64,000 nucleotides of DNA from Nemertoderma westbladi (lineage: Eukaryota > Animalia > Xenacoelomorpha). Below are positions 38,804-51,137 of the stretch, in pieces. The position numbers and the translations under genes are program-made. The notes under the pieces are model-generated. The model was given only the letters and a program-made list of their open reading frames with translations, was not told the DNA's origin and ran no database searches. How positions within the stretch are numbered: the first letter of the stretch is position 1; each line of letters begins with the position of its first letter. The stretch covers positions 1-64,000 of the forward strand of contig JAUCBJ010007055.1 in the NCBI GenBank assembly GCA_032718475.1. The letters are read 5' to 3'.

Positions 38804-40426
38804 CAACATATTATAGTGTATAATGTACTTTTATCTCACTTCGGTCCCTCGTTTCAATATTTCACTAACTCGAATATGATAATAACTCGAAATAAATTTT
38901 CCAGTATTTTTTACTAATTATCATAGTGCGTTAAGGCTCGCCTTTACTACGTGGCTCGCATGTTCTCGCTGTAATGCCTCAGAACTAAACATTAGATATA
39001 CTGTATTGTACTGTATGTCCTACTCATCTTCACATCCAAAAAAGCGACGTAGATTAGGATTTGTATGGTTTTTGACAATTTTATAATTTGCTTTATAATT
39101 TTTTATTTTCAAAAATCATGACCTGCGAGAAAGTGGTGAAAGGTACAGTACAGGCCACCAGAAAACGCAGATTTGTACAATTGTGAACACATTTTATCAA
39201 ATGTGTACCAGTGTAAAGTAATGTTGTTGAACGGGACAATTGAACATAATTGAACATAATTGAATTGGCAACAACAAAATTTTTTCGCCAAAGGATACAA
39301 TTGAATACTTTTGAAACGCTTAGTAAGCTGGAAACTCTCTGTAGTTTACCGCGAACTGTCACTCACTGCAGCTGGAAATGCGATAAGGATTTTGTTTACC
39401 TTTATAGTGTGCGGTTAATAGTGTCTAGTAGGCAGGCCTATAGTTAGTGATGTTAAGGCATCTTCTGGTGTTTCTCTGTGCCCTCTCGGTGTCAGACTAA
39501 TGGCGCGACATCTCCCTGCACTAAATTAATTATTCAATGGTCTAGGCTCCTCCATCCATATACCCATCCACTCCCATACACTCCATGAACCTCCATGCGG
39601 TCTTGTATGCAGTTCTCTCTCTACCAATACAGCCCATGTCCGCAATGTTACGCCCTGGGGGCTCTCTCATCTACCTGATATCAGACATACAGGCGCACCG
39701 CACACAAAGCCTTTGTCGGTCCCAGCAAGTTAGCCTCCTGCTGTGTGATCGAGAAGATAACTCGCCATAACCTGCCAATCAGATGACTTGAACAAATGTG
39801 TTCACATGTGATCACATTGGAAGAAATCTGCTTTTTCTGGTGGCCTGTACTGTAAGTGTAGTTGGGTGGAAGTGAGACTTTCAAAAATCATGACCTGCGA
39901 GAAAGTGGTGAAAGGTAAGTGTAGTTGGGTGGAAGTGAGACAATGTTGAGTGTACTGTAGTTGGGTGATAGTTGGGTGTAGGTGTAGTTGGGTGGAGAAT
40001 TGGGTGTAGTTGGGTGAAAGTTGGGTGTTGTTGGGGGTAGTTGGGTGAAAGTTGGGTGTAGTTGGGTGAGAGTTGGGTGGAAGTGGAGTGTAGTTGGGTG
40101 AAAGTGAGTCAAAGTTGAGTGTAGTTGGTTGGAGAGTTTGGTGTTCTGTGGGACGAGTCACGCAGTCAGGGCAAGCCTTAGCGCACAATTGCAATTAGTA
40201 AAAATAGGGCAAAATTTCATCTCCAGTCGGTCGTTCTGTCCGCTTGTCTGTCTGTAACGAAAAATTCATTCGTAAGTAACTTTTGAAGATTTTCGCCAAC
40301 TGATCCACATTAAAGCCCCATGAGAAACCCCACTTGGGATCCGACTATGTAGCAACATACCTAAAGTGTGTGACATATTATTCATTCACATGTGAGAATT
40401 TAGCTTGGAAACCTCAATGTTGATCA

Positions 40427-40914
40427 GATAGACTTTGCTGATGACTTAGGAGTACTCTCAGAATCATTAGAGGGAGCCCAACGGCTCCTCAGCTCATTAG
40501 AACATTCTGCTTCTAGTGTTGGTCTTTTTATTACCTCCAGAAAGACCACAATTTTGACAGTTAACTTTGAAAGTCCTCAGCAAGTCTCTGATCGGATGAG
40601 CATAAGCTCAAAGGATGGTATGCTTGAGCATGTGGACAACTTCTGTTACCTGGGATCATGGATCCGGAAGTCAGGTGAGGACCTTCGAATACGTAAGGGA
40701 AAGGCATGGGCAGCCTTGAATAGGCTTTCCAGGATTTGGAAGTCACCGAGAATTAATCGGAAACTCAAGGTCCGATTATTTAGAGCAGCAGTAGTTCCAG
40801 TACTCCTCTACGGGAGTCCATGCTGGGCTCTAACTGCTGAGGACACCAAATCTCTGGATGGCACATTCACAAGAATGCTACGCCGGGTTCATTGTGTCAA
40901 GTACAATGCACACA
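40427..40914 (+). mobile_element. Internal RT fragment of the RTE-like LINE flanked by a 27-bp direct repeat
   Basis: DFADD...FCYLGS...LKVRLFRAAVVPVLLYG; matches the reverse complement of ~62540-63025. Confidence 0.92.
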
Positions 40915-41377
40915 TTAGTTTGGAAACCTCAATGTTGATCACTTGAGGATTTTCGAATGGGTGGAATGTCTGAAAGATTAAATACACTTCTCCCATTTCG
41001 TTGTTTGTAATAAAATAAGCTGAATATTGTCATATCCTACTGTACATATACTGTACAGTATGTACTAGAGACCACAAGCCGCGTCTATATGATTACGTTG
41101 ATCAACGTCTGCAATTCTCTACCCTAGTGTGGTGAATTATTATTTCTACTACTGTAAGATCTGTAATGTATAACGATCTTATCGATTCTCATACTGTAGA
41201 GATCTTGTCCATTCTGGCATCGCCTGTATGTGAAGATCATAATAAGTTCCTTGCAGAAATTCCCTTGACCTGTACAGATCTTACCAGATCCCCTTTTAGT
41301 TTATCAAAAATGTAAAATGTTCTAAAATTATTGCTGTTGTTTCGTTAAAAATTAATTAATATAAAGGCCATAAAGTT

Positions 41378-41628
41378 CGCCCATGTGAATAATACCAGGA
41401 TTTCACTTTTCGGTCGACATTTTATTGGAATTTTATGTATGAAGATTTTTTATTTTTTTTAATTTATCTTTTTGATACGTTTCGTTTTGATACGGCTAAA
41501 TTTCGTTTATTGTTTTGGTTAGATTCAGTCCTTTTGTAACCTGTGATTTTAATGAAAACCTGGGATTCTTCACATGGGGGCAACTGCAAAGTTAAATATA
41601 TAACGGCAGAAAGTGTTTACATGGGCCC
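41378..41628. mobile_element. Short MITE (GCCCATGTGAAGAATACCA family) inserted in the right foldback arm
   Basis: Absent from the left arm; reverse-complement homologue of the ends of 43260-44647. Confidence 0.7.
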
Positions 41629-43259
41629 AAGATTAAAATAAAGCTGCTGAAAATAATGTTACAGTTCTTTTTCTTGTATTCTATGATACATAAAGGATAA
41701 TTACATTATTATAATTGCATTAAACATACTGTATAATATAGAACTTATGTCCATTAACTTTGTACGAATTATCTGCATTGCTATTCCCATAACAGAAGTT
41801 TCCAATGCGATTTCGTCGTTAAGGCTGTGACGGTGACCCCCCTGTGTATCAATACCGTTTTCATTTTCACCACAATCCCAAACAGCGCCAGTTTAGTTTT
41901 ATACTGTAGCTTGGATCGTTCGTCAATAGTCTCTGCGTCTCTCCTTTGTATATTTATTGCTAAATTCATCAATTATTCTAGAACCAACCTGCAATAAATA
42001 TAAAACGTTAGTTTGTTATTTTCATAATTGCTCAGCAGTGGGGGCAACATACAGTACATGAAACATTTAAAAGCTCATATCTCAGCAATTCCTCGAAGAG
42101 TTTGTTACTGTACATATTGTAATTTGTGGAAGTTTGGTGCCATACAGTAGGTATAGTTTGGTGTAAGTTGGATGCAGAGTGGAAGTGCAGTGGAAGTTGG
42201 GTGTAGTGGGGTGGAACTGTGTGGGTGTAGTTGGCTGAAAGTTGGGTGTAGTTGGGTGTAGTTGGGTGAAAGTTGGGTGTAGTTGGGTGTAGTTGGGTGA
42301 AAGTTGGGTGTAGTTGGGTGTAGTTGGGTGAAAGTTGGGTGTAGTTGGGTGTTTAGGCTGACCGGCTGGAACAGTTAAAACAAAGTTCGGTTCTGACTGT
42401 CTGAGGTTCTCACCGAACAATTTGCAATACTACTACAGTACTGCAGTACACAGTAGGCCTACTACACCTGTACTGTACACATGCTGACATGTACTTGTAC
42501 TACCGGCAGACCGGTACTACAGCAGCGGTATGGTATAACAATATAATGCCAGCCTGCCAGCGGCGGTATACAGGCTGACAGGTAACAGGTATAATGCAGT
42601 AATGCCTACAGCAGTAATACAGAAGTAGCCAGTGAGTACCGGTAGTGCTAGCCTTAGCCTACACATGTACATACAGACATACCAGCATACCGCTGTACCG
42701 ACAGACCGGTCAGCCGGTAGGCCTACTGTTCGCGTTGCGTACCGTTGTCCCTATCTCAATAACAACTTACAGCCCTACGCTACTACTACAGTACTACCAG
42801 ACTACTGCTGCACGCTGTACTGCATACCGGTAGGGTTGACTATTCAAATTCCGGACAAAATTTCATTTTTTTTTAATTTGGGACACTTTAAATTGCTTTA
42901 ATCCTTGATATTATTTTTGCATCTGTACAAGATGCTATTGTAGTTCACTATAAAACCAAATTATTACCACTCAGTTCAACTGTTTAGTTGTAACTGGGTG
43001 GTTTTCACTTTATAAATTGACTGTCCGGAATTTGACTACCTGGTAAAATACCGGACATGTATATAATTCCGGACAATGCCTTTTATTAGATGTGAGAGTT
43101 GATGTGAGGGTTGATATTAGGGCTATTTTAATAATTAAATTAAACTTTATTTCCACTAGTTTAGGTATCTGGGTGTATTACATACAGCCATATTTTACTC
43201 CTGTACTCAGTTTTGAAGTTATGCAATGCTTTATGTTTTGCATACCAACCCCAGATAGG

Positions 43260-44647
43260 GGGCCCATGTGTGAAGAATACCAGACTTTCTGCCGTTATAT
43301 TTCACTTTGCAATTACCCCCATGTGAAGAATACCAGGTTTTCACCAAAAACACAGATTACAGGCAGGGCTGGCAAAAACCATAGGTTTTTCAGAAAAAAT
43401 TTTAGGTTTTAGGTTTTTGCAAGGTTTTTGTAGGTTTTTGGAAGGTTTTTGCAGGTTTTTGAAGGTTTTCGCTAGGTTTTTGTAGTATTTCGCTAGGTTT
43501 TTGTAGTATTTCTGTATTTGTATACCGGTATTGATTGATTAGATTGACCTGGTTGGTAAATGATTAGATAAATTATATGGGGCGACATTTGGTCAACTGG
43601 CAGACTGGTCAAGATTATATTTTATAGATACACTACAGCACTATGATACAAAATTGTTTGAAAGAATGAGTCCATCAGGTTTCATTGTCATATTAGTTAC
43701 ATTTATATAAACCTGTACAAAGTCTGAAAGTAGGCTTACAGCAGTACAGACTACTGGACTACAGTCTTAAATTCAGACAGTACAGCAGTAGGCTGGTAGG
43801 TGCAACTATTTATTACACTATTAGTGTATTAGTTCCATAGTATATTAGTATCATTAGCATCAATCAATGCATGCAGAATGCAGGCACGCGATTCAGCGAA
43901 TGCAGAATGCCACCCCATCCCACAGTCCCATACTGCCATAAAAGCATAATGCATAACGTAAACCATAACCCGATAACCACCAGACCACCTGACTCCCTGA
44001 CTGCCTGTGACCACCAGCTGACCAGAGCCAGAGCTGCAGAGACCACCCACTGACGCTGACCCAGCCACCTGGCTGCCTGGACACTGGACCACTGCTGCAC
44101 TGCACACTGTACGTGTACAGTTATCAGCAGCAACGTACATACTACATAGTCAGGAATCAGGATGTAGGTCTGCTACGCTGACTGCTACGGTAACTTGCAT
44201 CAGCTAACTTGCATCAGTCAGCTTGTCAGTAGTGACAAGACAACTGGGAACTGGACTGGACTGGAACTCATCAGCTGACAATGCAAGTTGACTTGTTCAG
44301 TTGTTTTGAGTGTACAAATGAAATTAAAAGGCAAATTAAAGATGAAAAATCAAAAACCTAAAAACCTAGTTTTAGGCTTTTTTCAAATTTTAGGTTTTTG
44401 ACAAAAACCTACAAAAACCTAGGTTTACAAAAACCTACTTTGCCAGCCCTGATTACAGGAGGGCTGAATCTAACCAAAACAATAAACGAATTAGTATATG
44501 TACAGGTTAGGCTATAAGACAGAAATAAGCGGTATAAAACACTTAGGCCTAATAAAGATATATTTAAAAAAATAAAAAATCTTCATCTATAAAATTCCAA
44601 TAAAAAGTCGACCGAAAAGTTAAATCCTGGTATTCTTCACATGGGCG
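43260..44647. mobile_element. MITE of the GCCCATGTGAAGAATACCA family, interrupted by a hAT MITE
   Basis: Inverted terminal motifs at 43262/43317 and 44629-44647; homologous to 41378-41628. Confidence 0.7.
43364..44451. mobile_element. hAT-type MITE with 8-bp TSD
   Basis: TIR CAGGGCTGGCAAA / TTTGCCAGCCCTG, perfect TSD ATTACAGG (43356-43363 and 44452-44459), and AGGTTTTT subterminal repeats. Confidence 0.92.
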
Positions 44648-45906
44648 GGGTAGGGGGTGTGGGGACTTTCAACGCAATAATAATGCATCCCTCTCCATGA
44701 AATTCGACACAAAATAACAGTTCGATTACTCCCATAAATAAAACTATAACCTGTTCTATTGTGTTCCATTTATTGTTTTGGTTAGAAATACGTGTCACTA
44801 TAATCTGCTCATTCGTGTCATTTGACATTTCCCTAAATTGAGAATTTAACATTGAAGCGAAATATTCATTCACCAAGATCTGAAGATGGGATTTGCGAAC
44901 AGTTAGCAGTTGCTGATAATTGAAACTATTATAAATTAAACAAAGTTGTTCTAGAGTTACTACAGTCTGACAGTGCTATGGTTGTTGGCAGACATTACAT
45001 GGATTGGAAATAACACCAAACGCATTCCTTATGACGTGGATTAGTTGGTCTCGGTTTAGTCAGTTAGTGGCCAACCACAATCACCAATATATATCAGTAT
45101 ATCAGAGTCACTACATATTTATCAATGTTTGGATCAATTATCGATGGGGCTCCTCTCCCAAATTGTCTATTTGACGATTTATAGAATTTAACCTGTATCT
45201 TGCGGTTATAACCCAGCGCCATCGTAATAGGTACCGCCTATAATATATATGATACACCTACTGGAATATATATTATATATATAGTTCTGTAGTTATGCCT
45301 AAAGCGTTCCAGGTTCTGCTGGCTAGCTGGCTTATAAAACGTACTGTTTATAGACATATCACAAAAGATAGACAAGTAGACTTGGCGAGCCTTTATTGTT
45401 AATAATAATAAGCAAACAATTTATGCAATAGGCAATCCACTTACAATCTTACAGCCTTACGATCAGACATTTCTTGAGGGCTGTCTAGGTTGACTGTGAT
45501 TATTTTGGTCTTCTTGCAGTCTTGGAATTTACAAAAAGACCATCACTAGAAGCAACCTGCTCCAATTGGCAGAGAAGCCTTTGGACTCCCTATAGTTATT
45601 CTGACAGTACCTCTAAGTCATCAGTGATCAAAGTCTATAGGCTATTGTACAAAGTCAGATATTAATTCCATAGTTTGTACCAATGAAATTTAAATTTGTC
45701 CGTAATTTGACCATGGTGTCCGGAATTTGATTTGTCCGGAATTTGAAGAGTTAACCCTACTGGCATAGGCCAGTCTGTCAGTAGGCCTAATGCAGTACTG
45801 TGCTACCAGAACCAGACACTGAGACAGGCGACCCGACCGATAAGCTAGTACTGTAGTAAGCCAGTAAGCTGACAGGCTTATCAGCTTATTGTATTGACGA
45901 CCCAAA

Positions 45907-47190
45907 ATGGCGGACGCGGCTCGCGAACTGCTCAACTCGTTGATGGGAGAGGAACGGGATCTTCTGCCTCACGAGAAACGCGTTCGCAAACACTTCGGGG
46001 ATGATGACGTCTGCAAGCACCATCTGGTCGCCTTCTGTCCCTCGGATCTCTTCACCAACACGCGCAGCGACTTGGGCCCGTGCGGACTAATCCACGACGA
46101 CGGATTAAAACGCGACTACGAACGGAGTTCCCGGTACAAACGCCTCGGATACGAGGAAGCATTCCTCCTCTATCTGGAGCGGCTCGTAGTCCCGTGCGAC
46201 TCTCGGATTCGCAACGGCGAGGAGAGACTCGCGAAGAGTCAGAAACTAACCAAAGGAACTCCGTCGACGGACGTGGTGAAGGATGAAAAATCGGCGGTGC
46301 TAGGCGACCGATTGGAGGCGATGCTCAAGGATATCGAGAGACTCGGGTCACAGGGGCAGGTTGAGGAAGCCCAGGGCATGATGGTACTTGCCGATAAACT
46401 TAGAGAAGAGATACTCGTATTGGATAGCTCCCTGGAGTACTTCCGCAATCACGACAACCTTATGGAGGTGTGCAAGGTGTGCGGGTGTTTCCTCGTCAAT
46501 AACGACGCGCAATGCAGGCTGGACGATCATTACAACGGGAAGCAGCACGTTGGGTTCAAACGAATACGGGAGACTATAGTCGAGTTGAAACGAGATGTTT
46601 ACGGGTGGAGGAAGGGTGGAGGGGAGAAGGAAGGGGGGAAAGATGGAGGAGGTGGGGGGAAAGATGGAGGCAGTGGGGGGAAAGATGGAGGCAGTGGGGG
46701 GAAAGATGGAGGCAGTGGGGGGAAAGATGGAGGCGGTGCGGGGAAAGATGGAGGCAGTGGGGGGAAAGATGGAGGCAGTGGGGGGAAAGATGGAGGCGGT
46801 GCGGGGAAAGATGGAGGCGGAGGGGGGAAGGAAAGAGAGGGGGCGACCGCTCTGGAATGTATAAATAAAGCCTCTAATGCCAATGGACGCTCCTCTAATA
46901 ACCGTTCCCACGGTGAGCGTTCCTCTAATGAACGTTCTCACAGTGAGCGTTCCTCTAATGACCGTTCCCATAGTAAACGTTCCTCTTCTGACCGTTCCCA
47001 CGGTGAGCGTTCCTCTAATGGGCGTTCCCACGGTGAGCGTTCCTCCCACCGAAACTCATCGGAACGTTCCCGGCACAGGCGAAGCCCTCCCCGTCAACGA
47101 GACGGTTTCACGGACCACGGGAGACCCGGGGGTCAATCCCGTTCGCCATGGCAACGCCGTAGGTCGCGGTCTCCCCCACAACGACGGTAG
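45907..47190 (+). CDS. LUC7L3: LUC7-like protein 3 (U1 snRNP-associated splicing factor), intronless
   Basis: LLNSLMG, ZnF1 VCKHHLVAFCPSDLFTNTRSDLGPC..IHD, ZnF2 MEVCKVCGCFL...RLDDHYNGKQHVGF and an RS-rich tail. TNTRSDLGPC and GYE point to the LUC7L3 subfamily. Confidence 0.92.
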   Translation: MADAARELLNSLMGEERDLLPHEKRVRKHFGDDDVCKHHLVAFCPSDLFTNTRSDLGPCGLIHDDGLKRDYERSSRYKRLGYEEAFLLYLERLVVPCDSRIRNGEERLAKSQKLTKGTPSTDVVKDEKSAVLGDRLEAMLKDIERLGSQGQVEEAQGMMVLADKLREEILVLDSSLEYFRNHDNLMEVCKVCGCFLVNNDAQCRLDDHYNGKQHVGFKRIRETIVELKRDVYGWRKGGGEKEGGKDGGGGGKDGGSGGKDGGSGGKDGGSGGKDGGGAGKDGGSGGKDGGSGGKDGGGAGKDGGGGGKEREGATALECINKASNANGRSSNNRSHGERSSNERSHSERSSNDRSHSKRSSSDRSHGERSSNGRSHGERSSHRNSSERSRHRRSPPRQRDGFTDHGRPGGQSRSPWQRRRSRSPPQRR

Positions 47191-48616
47191 CTCGAGAGCT
47201 GCCCACATAATTATTATTTTTTTCTGAGACACATGTATGTTTAGTTTATAGAGAAAGTTTCGTTAAGTAACGTCGTTTTATAATCTTTATTGTACATCAG
47301 CAATATAAACTGAAAGTTCATGTAACTTTTTACCCCAAGTTAGCTCATTGCTGTTAAGTCTGGCGTCTATTAAGTGTAAATCCATTCTGGAATTACTCTT
47401 AAGTAAATTATTAAACTTTTGGATAAACAACTCTATTATAGTAAATAAAGCGAAATAATGGATTGGCTACCGTTGGGGGCTGAACCCGCGCCCCTCAATA
47501 ACCGTTCAGGTATGCTGAGAGTGAGATTTGTACCACTGATGTCTGGCGCTGGCAGTCCTGTTTAAATTCATTAATTTTTTATACAATCACAATGAGAATC
47601 TTTGGATGATAAGCAGGTACTAATACTAGGTAGTTGAAACTTATGGTAGTTCAGACTTTCAAGTTAAAACTTTCTTGCAACTGGGCCAAGATTACACGAA
47701 TTCATTGACTGATTTGTTCTCTATTTTAGGTAAAAATTATAATAAATAATTAAACCGTTCTAAGGATGTGTACAGATTCATTCATTCATTCATTTACTTT
47801 GAACAATTTTTATACACAACTTGTTTACTTAAAAAGGATCACTTTTAGAGTCTCACGGATGACGACATGGAGATTAGACCCTTCAGCGTAGAACCAACAA
47901 GCGTTTCATCATTTCCAATAAAGTGCAACTTACTGTGTAAAGTGCACTTACTCCCAACCCAATAGGTTTTATGTTGCTAGAGCACACAATACATTGTGCT
48001 CTATCTATCGATCTAACTAAAACAATTATTTAACCTTCAAGAAGAGGGTTTTGTCTTGATGAAATTATTGGAGGTTTTAGAACTTATGTTAAATGTTAAA
48101 TTGTAAATTAATGGACAAGGTTATTGTTTATTAGTTTCATTCCATTCGTTTTTTTTTATTTATATTGAAATTATATTACGAATGTGCTTATAGCACATCC
48201 TATGAAAGAAGAAAAGGGCTTAAAAGACGATAGTGAACAAAAATGAAATTGGAAGGTTATTGTTTTTATAAACTCTGTCACTGTAACCTGCTCCTTTCCA
48301 TTTTCTCACATTATGGAAAGTGAAAAAAACGTGTGAATGAATAAAGTGTTTATTTTTAATACGCGAATCAGAGTAGAAATGAGTTGGTAAAGTTATAGAA
48401 TCTATTTAGATGGTGGCCGGTGGCCCTGTAGGTCGTAGGCCTACCATGTAACCTGCTAACCTCTCCTGTAAATCTATGATCTATACCATTACAGCATACT
48501 GCGTTGTTATAGACTACAGCTAGAATAGAGCAGAGACTCAGCATAAATAGTTCAGTCAGTAGCCCTAGTTAGCTTAACATTAATTAAAACTTAATGTTTA
48601 ATTAAACCTAATTTAA

Positions 48617-49621
48617 CACGTTAGCTGGCGATTGAGCACCGATGCACAATTCGTGTTTTAACTTTACTGCGACAGGTTTTACTCCCTGTCAACTTCTAAC
48701 TGCGGATTGAGCACCGGTGAATATGACCTGTACAACCCTATAGTGCGGAGCTATTTTGGCGTGGCCAGCCTTTAGTGCGGAGGCTATAAGTTGAGCACCG
48801 GAACTCAAATACATCAACTGTTGTCATATTCGGTATCTGTGACCTTTGTATGACTCATGTATATATTTTTTTGGGTTTGTGCACCGGTGCACAATCCGCA
48901 CTACACAAGTGCCAGTGCGGATTGAGCGCCGGTGCTCAATATTTCCACTTATATAAATATGGCGGGATTTTTAAAATGCTCTACTGTAGCATAGCTAGCT
49001 ATTAGGCCTATTTGATTTAGTTCATTGCTAGTTAAGCAATAACTGTTTACTTTTCATGTATTAATTTATATTGCATGAGCAAATGTGCTCTAACAATAAC
49101 AATGTTATTTGATGTTGTTTTACTTTATAAATGTTTTTAAAACCCAAATAATTGATGGCAGTGGGGGGAGGGGAGGGGGGGGGGGTCGTTAAACTGCAGA
49201 CATTATCTACTGGGGTTACCCCCCGAAATTTCGAAAGTGGCCAAAAGTAATTTACTAATGTGATGAGATAATTATTGGTACAGTTTTGAAAATTGTTAAC
49301 CCTGTAAGAAATCATAAAAAATGTATAAAATTTTGATGAAATTCAAACCACTATCTCCGTGCCCAAAGGCATTCCCACAAAATGTAATTAACAAAAAGTA
49401 ATTTGTTGAGCACCGGTGCACAATCCGCACTAGCTAAACGCCAAGCCTCAAATCCTGCTGCAGTCATGGAACAGCACATGGTTGTTCACCGGTGCACAAT
49501 CCGCACTAACTAAACGCCAAGCCTCAAATCTTGCCGCAGTCATGGAACAGCACATGGTTGTTCACCGGTGCACAATCCGCAGTAACAAAGAACCAGTCGT
49601 TTTGGAGCCGCAGCTAACGTG
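48617..49621. mobile_element. piggyBac-type MITE with TTAA TSD
   Basis: TTAA|CACGTTAGCTG ... CAGCTAACGTG|TTAA; repeated GCGGATTGAGCACCGGTG / CACCGGTGCACAATCCGC motifs inside. Confidence 0.85.
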
Positions 49622-51137
49622 TTAACTATTAATTAATTATTAATTAAAACTTCATCATAAATAACTGGAGAAGCCAGGAAGCTGGCTATATAAGGATACC
49701 TTGTACAGACAAACAAAACCTAAAAGCATTTAGCTTTATACTGAATAGATAGAACGTTCAAGTGAAAGTTTTTTGTCGAAAGATTTACTTTTTTGTCCAA
49801 AATGATTGCTTGGTAGATAAAACGGTACGTTACGTAACGTAAAACTATTACGTTCGGTTTACGGAAAAAAATATACAGTAATATTACGTTACGGTATTGA
49901 AAAAGCTATTACGTTACGGTTTACATTACGGAAAAATATTGAGCTACGGTATTCCTGAAAAGGTACCGTAACGTAACATAATAACATCCTTGCTCAAAAC
50001 AAAATCATATATATCTAAAACCCTACAAAACGCAGCGTTTTCAAAACTTCCTTAATTAATAATGCGTCGTAGTGAAGTATTAAGGACCGCCATTGAACCG
50101 AATAGACTAAACTTACTAAGTTGTAAATATACAAAAATACAAAATTGTTGGATTTGCAGATAGTTAACCCTTGGGAGTTAGTGTGGCCCATTCACTGGCT
50201 TGTATGCAACTTCCAAGACAGGTGAAATTAATCCCGGTTATCCCTAGGGCTTCGCGTTTTATGTTCTCTGATAACTTTACTCTCTGATAACTTTACACCC
50301 CTTATAATAAATCGAAATGAAACCAAATTGGTTAAATTGTATTTAATGTTATATAAATTAAGAGATTGAGGTAGTTTTATATGTTACTATATTATTTTAT
50401 TGCAGCATGTTATGTCAAAAACTTACCGGTAGGAATGCTACACCTACAACCAAACTATGATTTTCATACATAGTTTTTACTGTTTGATTTCTAAGCTATA
50501 GGCTCTGCAAGCACCACGGACTCAGTATATTTAATCTTATACAACATTTACCCGTAACCTCTACCCGGCGAATGGCGCTAAATGTGTCTTTATTTACATA
50601 GTATAACTGACATGCAGCAATAATTAATGCTTGTACTGTAAGAAGATATTGTGCTGCTGATTCCCACGCCCTGGACAGCTGATTAATGACAGACCATGCT
50701 TTCCCTTTACGGATATGGAGACCTCTGCATCTGCACCCTCTGATTCGCTACAACACCGAGTTAAAGCGCATCAAGTGATGTAAGTTCTTCTTGCTCCATT
50801 ATTGTCGATGTCAGCGTCCAAGGGTCGAACCGTTGTCATAGATTTAGGGGGGGGGGGGGGGGGGGGGCGTTTGGGTCTAGTTAGGCCTATTGGGTGTGGT
50901 ATACTAGTTTTTTTTTCTACCCTTGTCTGAGTGTCACCATTTGGCCTCCCAGGTAAGGGTTTAAGTCAAACGGATCATTATCTATGAGAGAGGGGAGAAA
51001 CCAAGTACTCGCACACATGTGGAAATAGAGGCGGCCATGGTATTATTATTACAGCGCATGGGATTGCCAATGTCTCGAAAAATTTTCAAGTGATGAGTGT
51101 AGTTTAGTATAAATCCTAGACGTGCATTTCTGTCAAA

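Larger units (their letters stand above)
37586..42363. mobile_element. Foldback-like structure with ~0.85-kb inverted arms that begin with (CACCCAACTA/CACCCAACTTT)n
   Basis: 37586-38425 is the diverged reverse complement of 41308-42363; both outer ends start GGTCAGCCTAA. A third decamer block is at 39855-40130. No TSD seen. Confidence 0.75.
42831..45759. mobile_element. Non-autonomous DNA transposon with hAT-like TAGGG termini and nested insertions
   Basis: TIR TAGGGTTGACTATTCAAATTCCGGACAAA / TTTGTCCGGAATTTGAAGAGTTAACCCTA and subterminal CCGGA motifs; no clean TSD. Confidence 0.6.

Noticed and set aside
37436-42420. HPTTPN-repeat ORFs
   Set aside because: They are translations of the CACCCAACTA decamer arrays.
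46080-47227. Alternative-frame and antisense ORFs over LUC7L3 (likewise over DDOST and the RepHel exons)
   Set aside because: Shadows of GC-rich or repetitive coding sequence.
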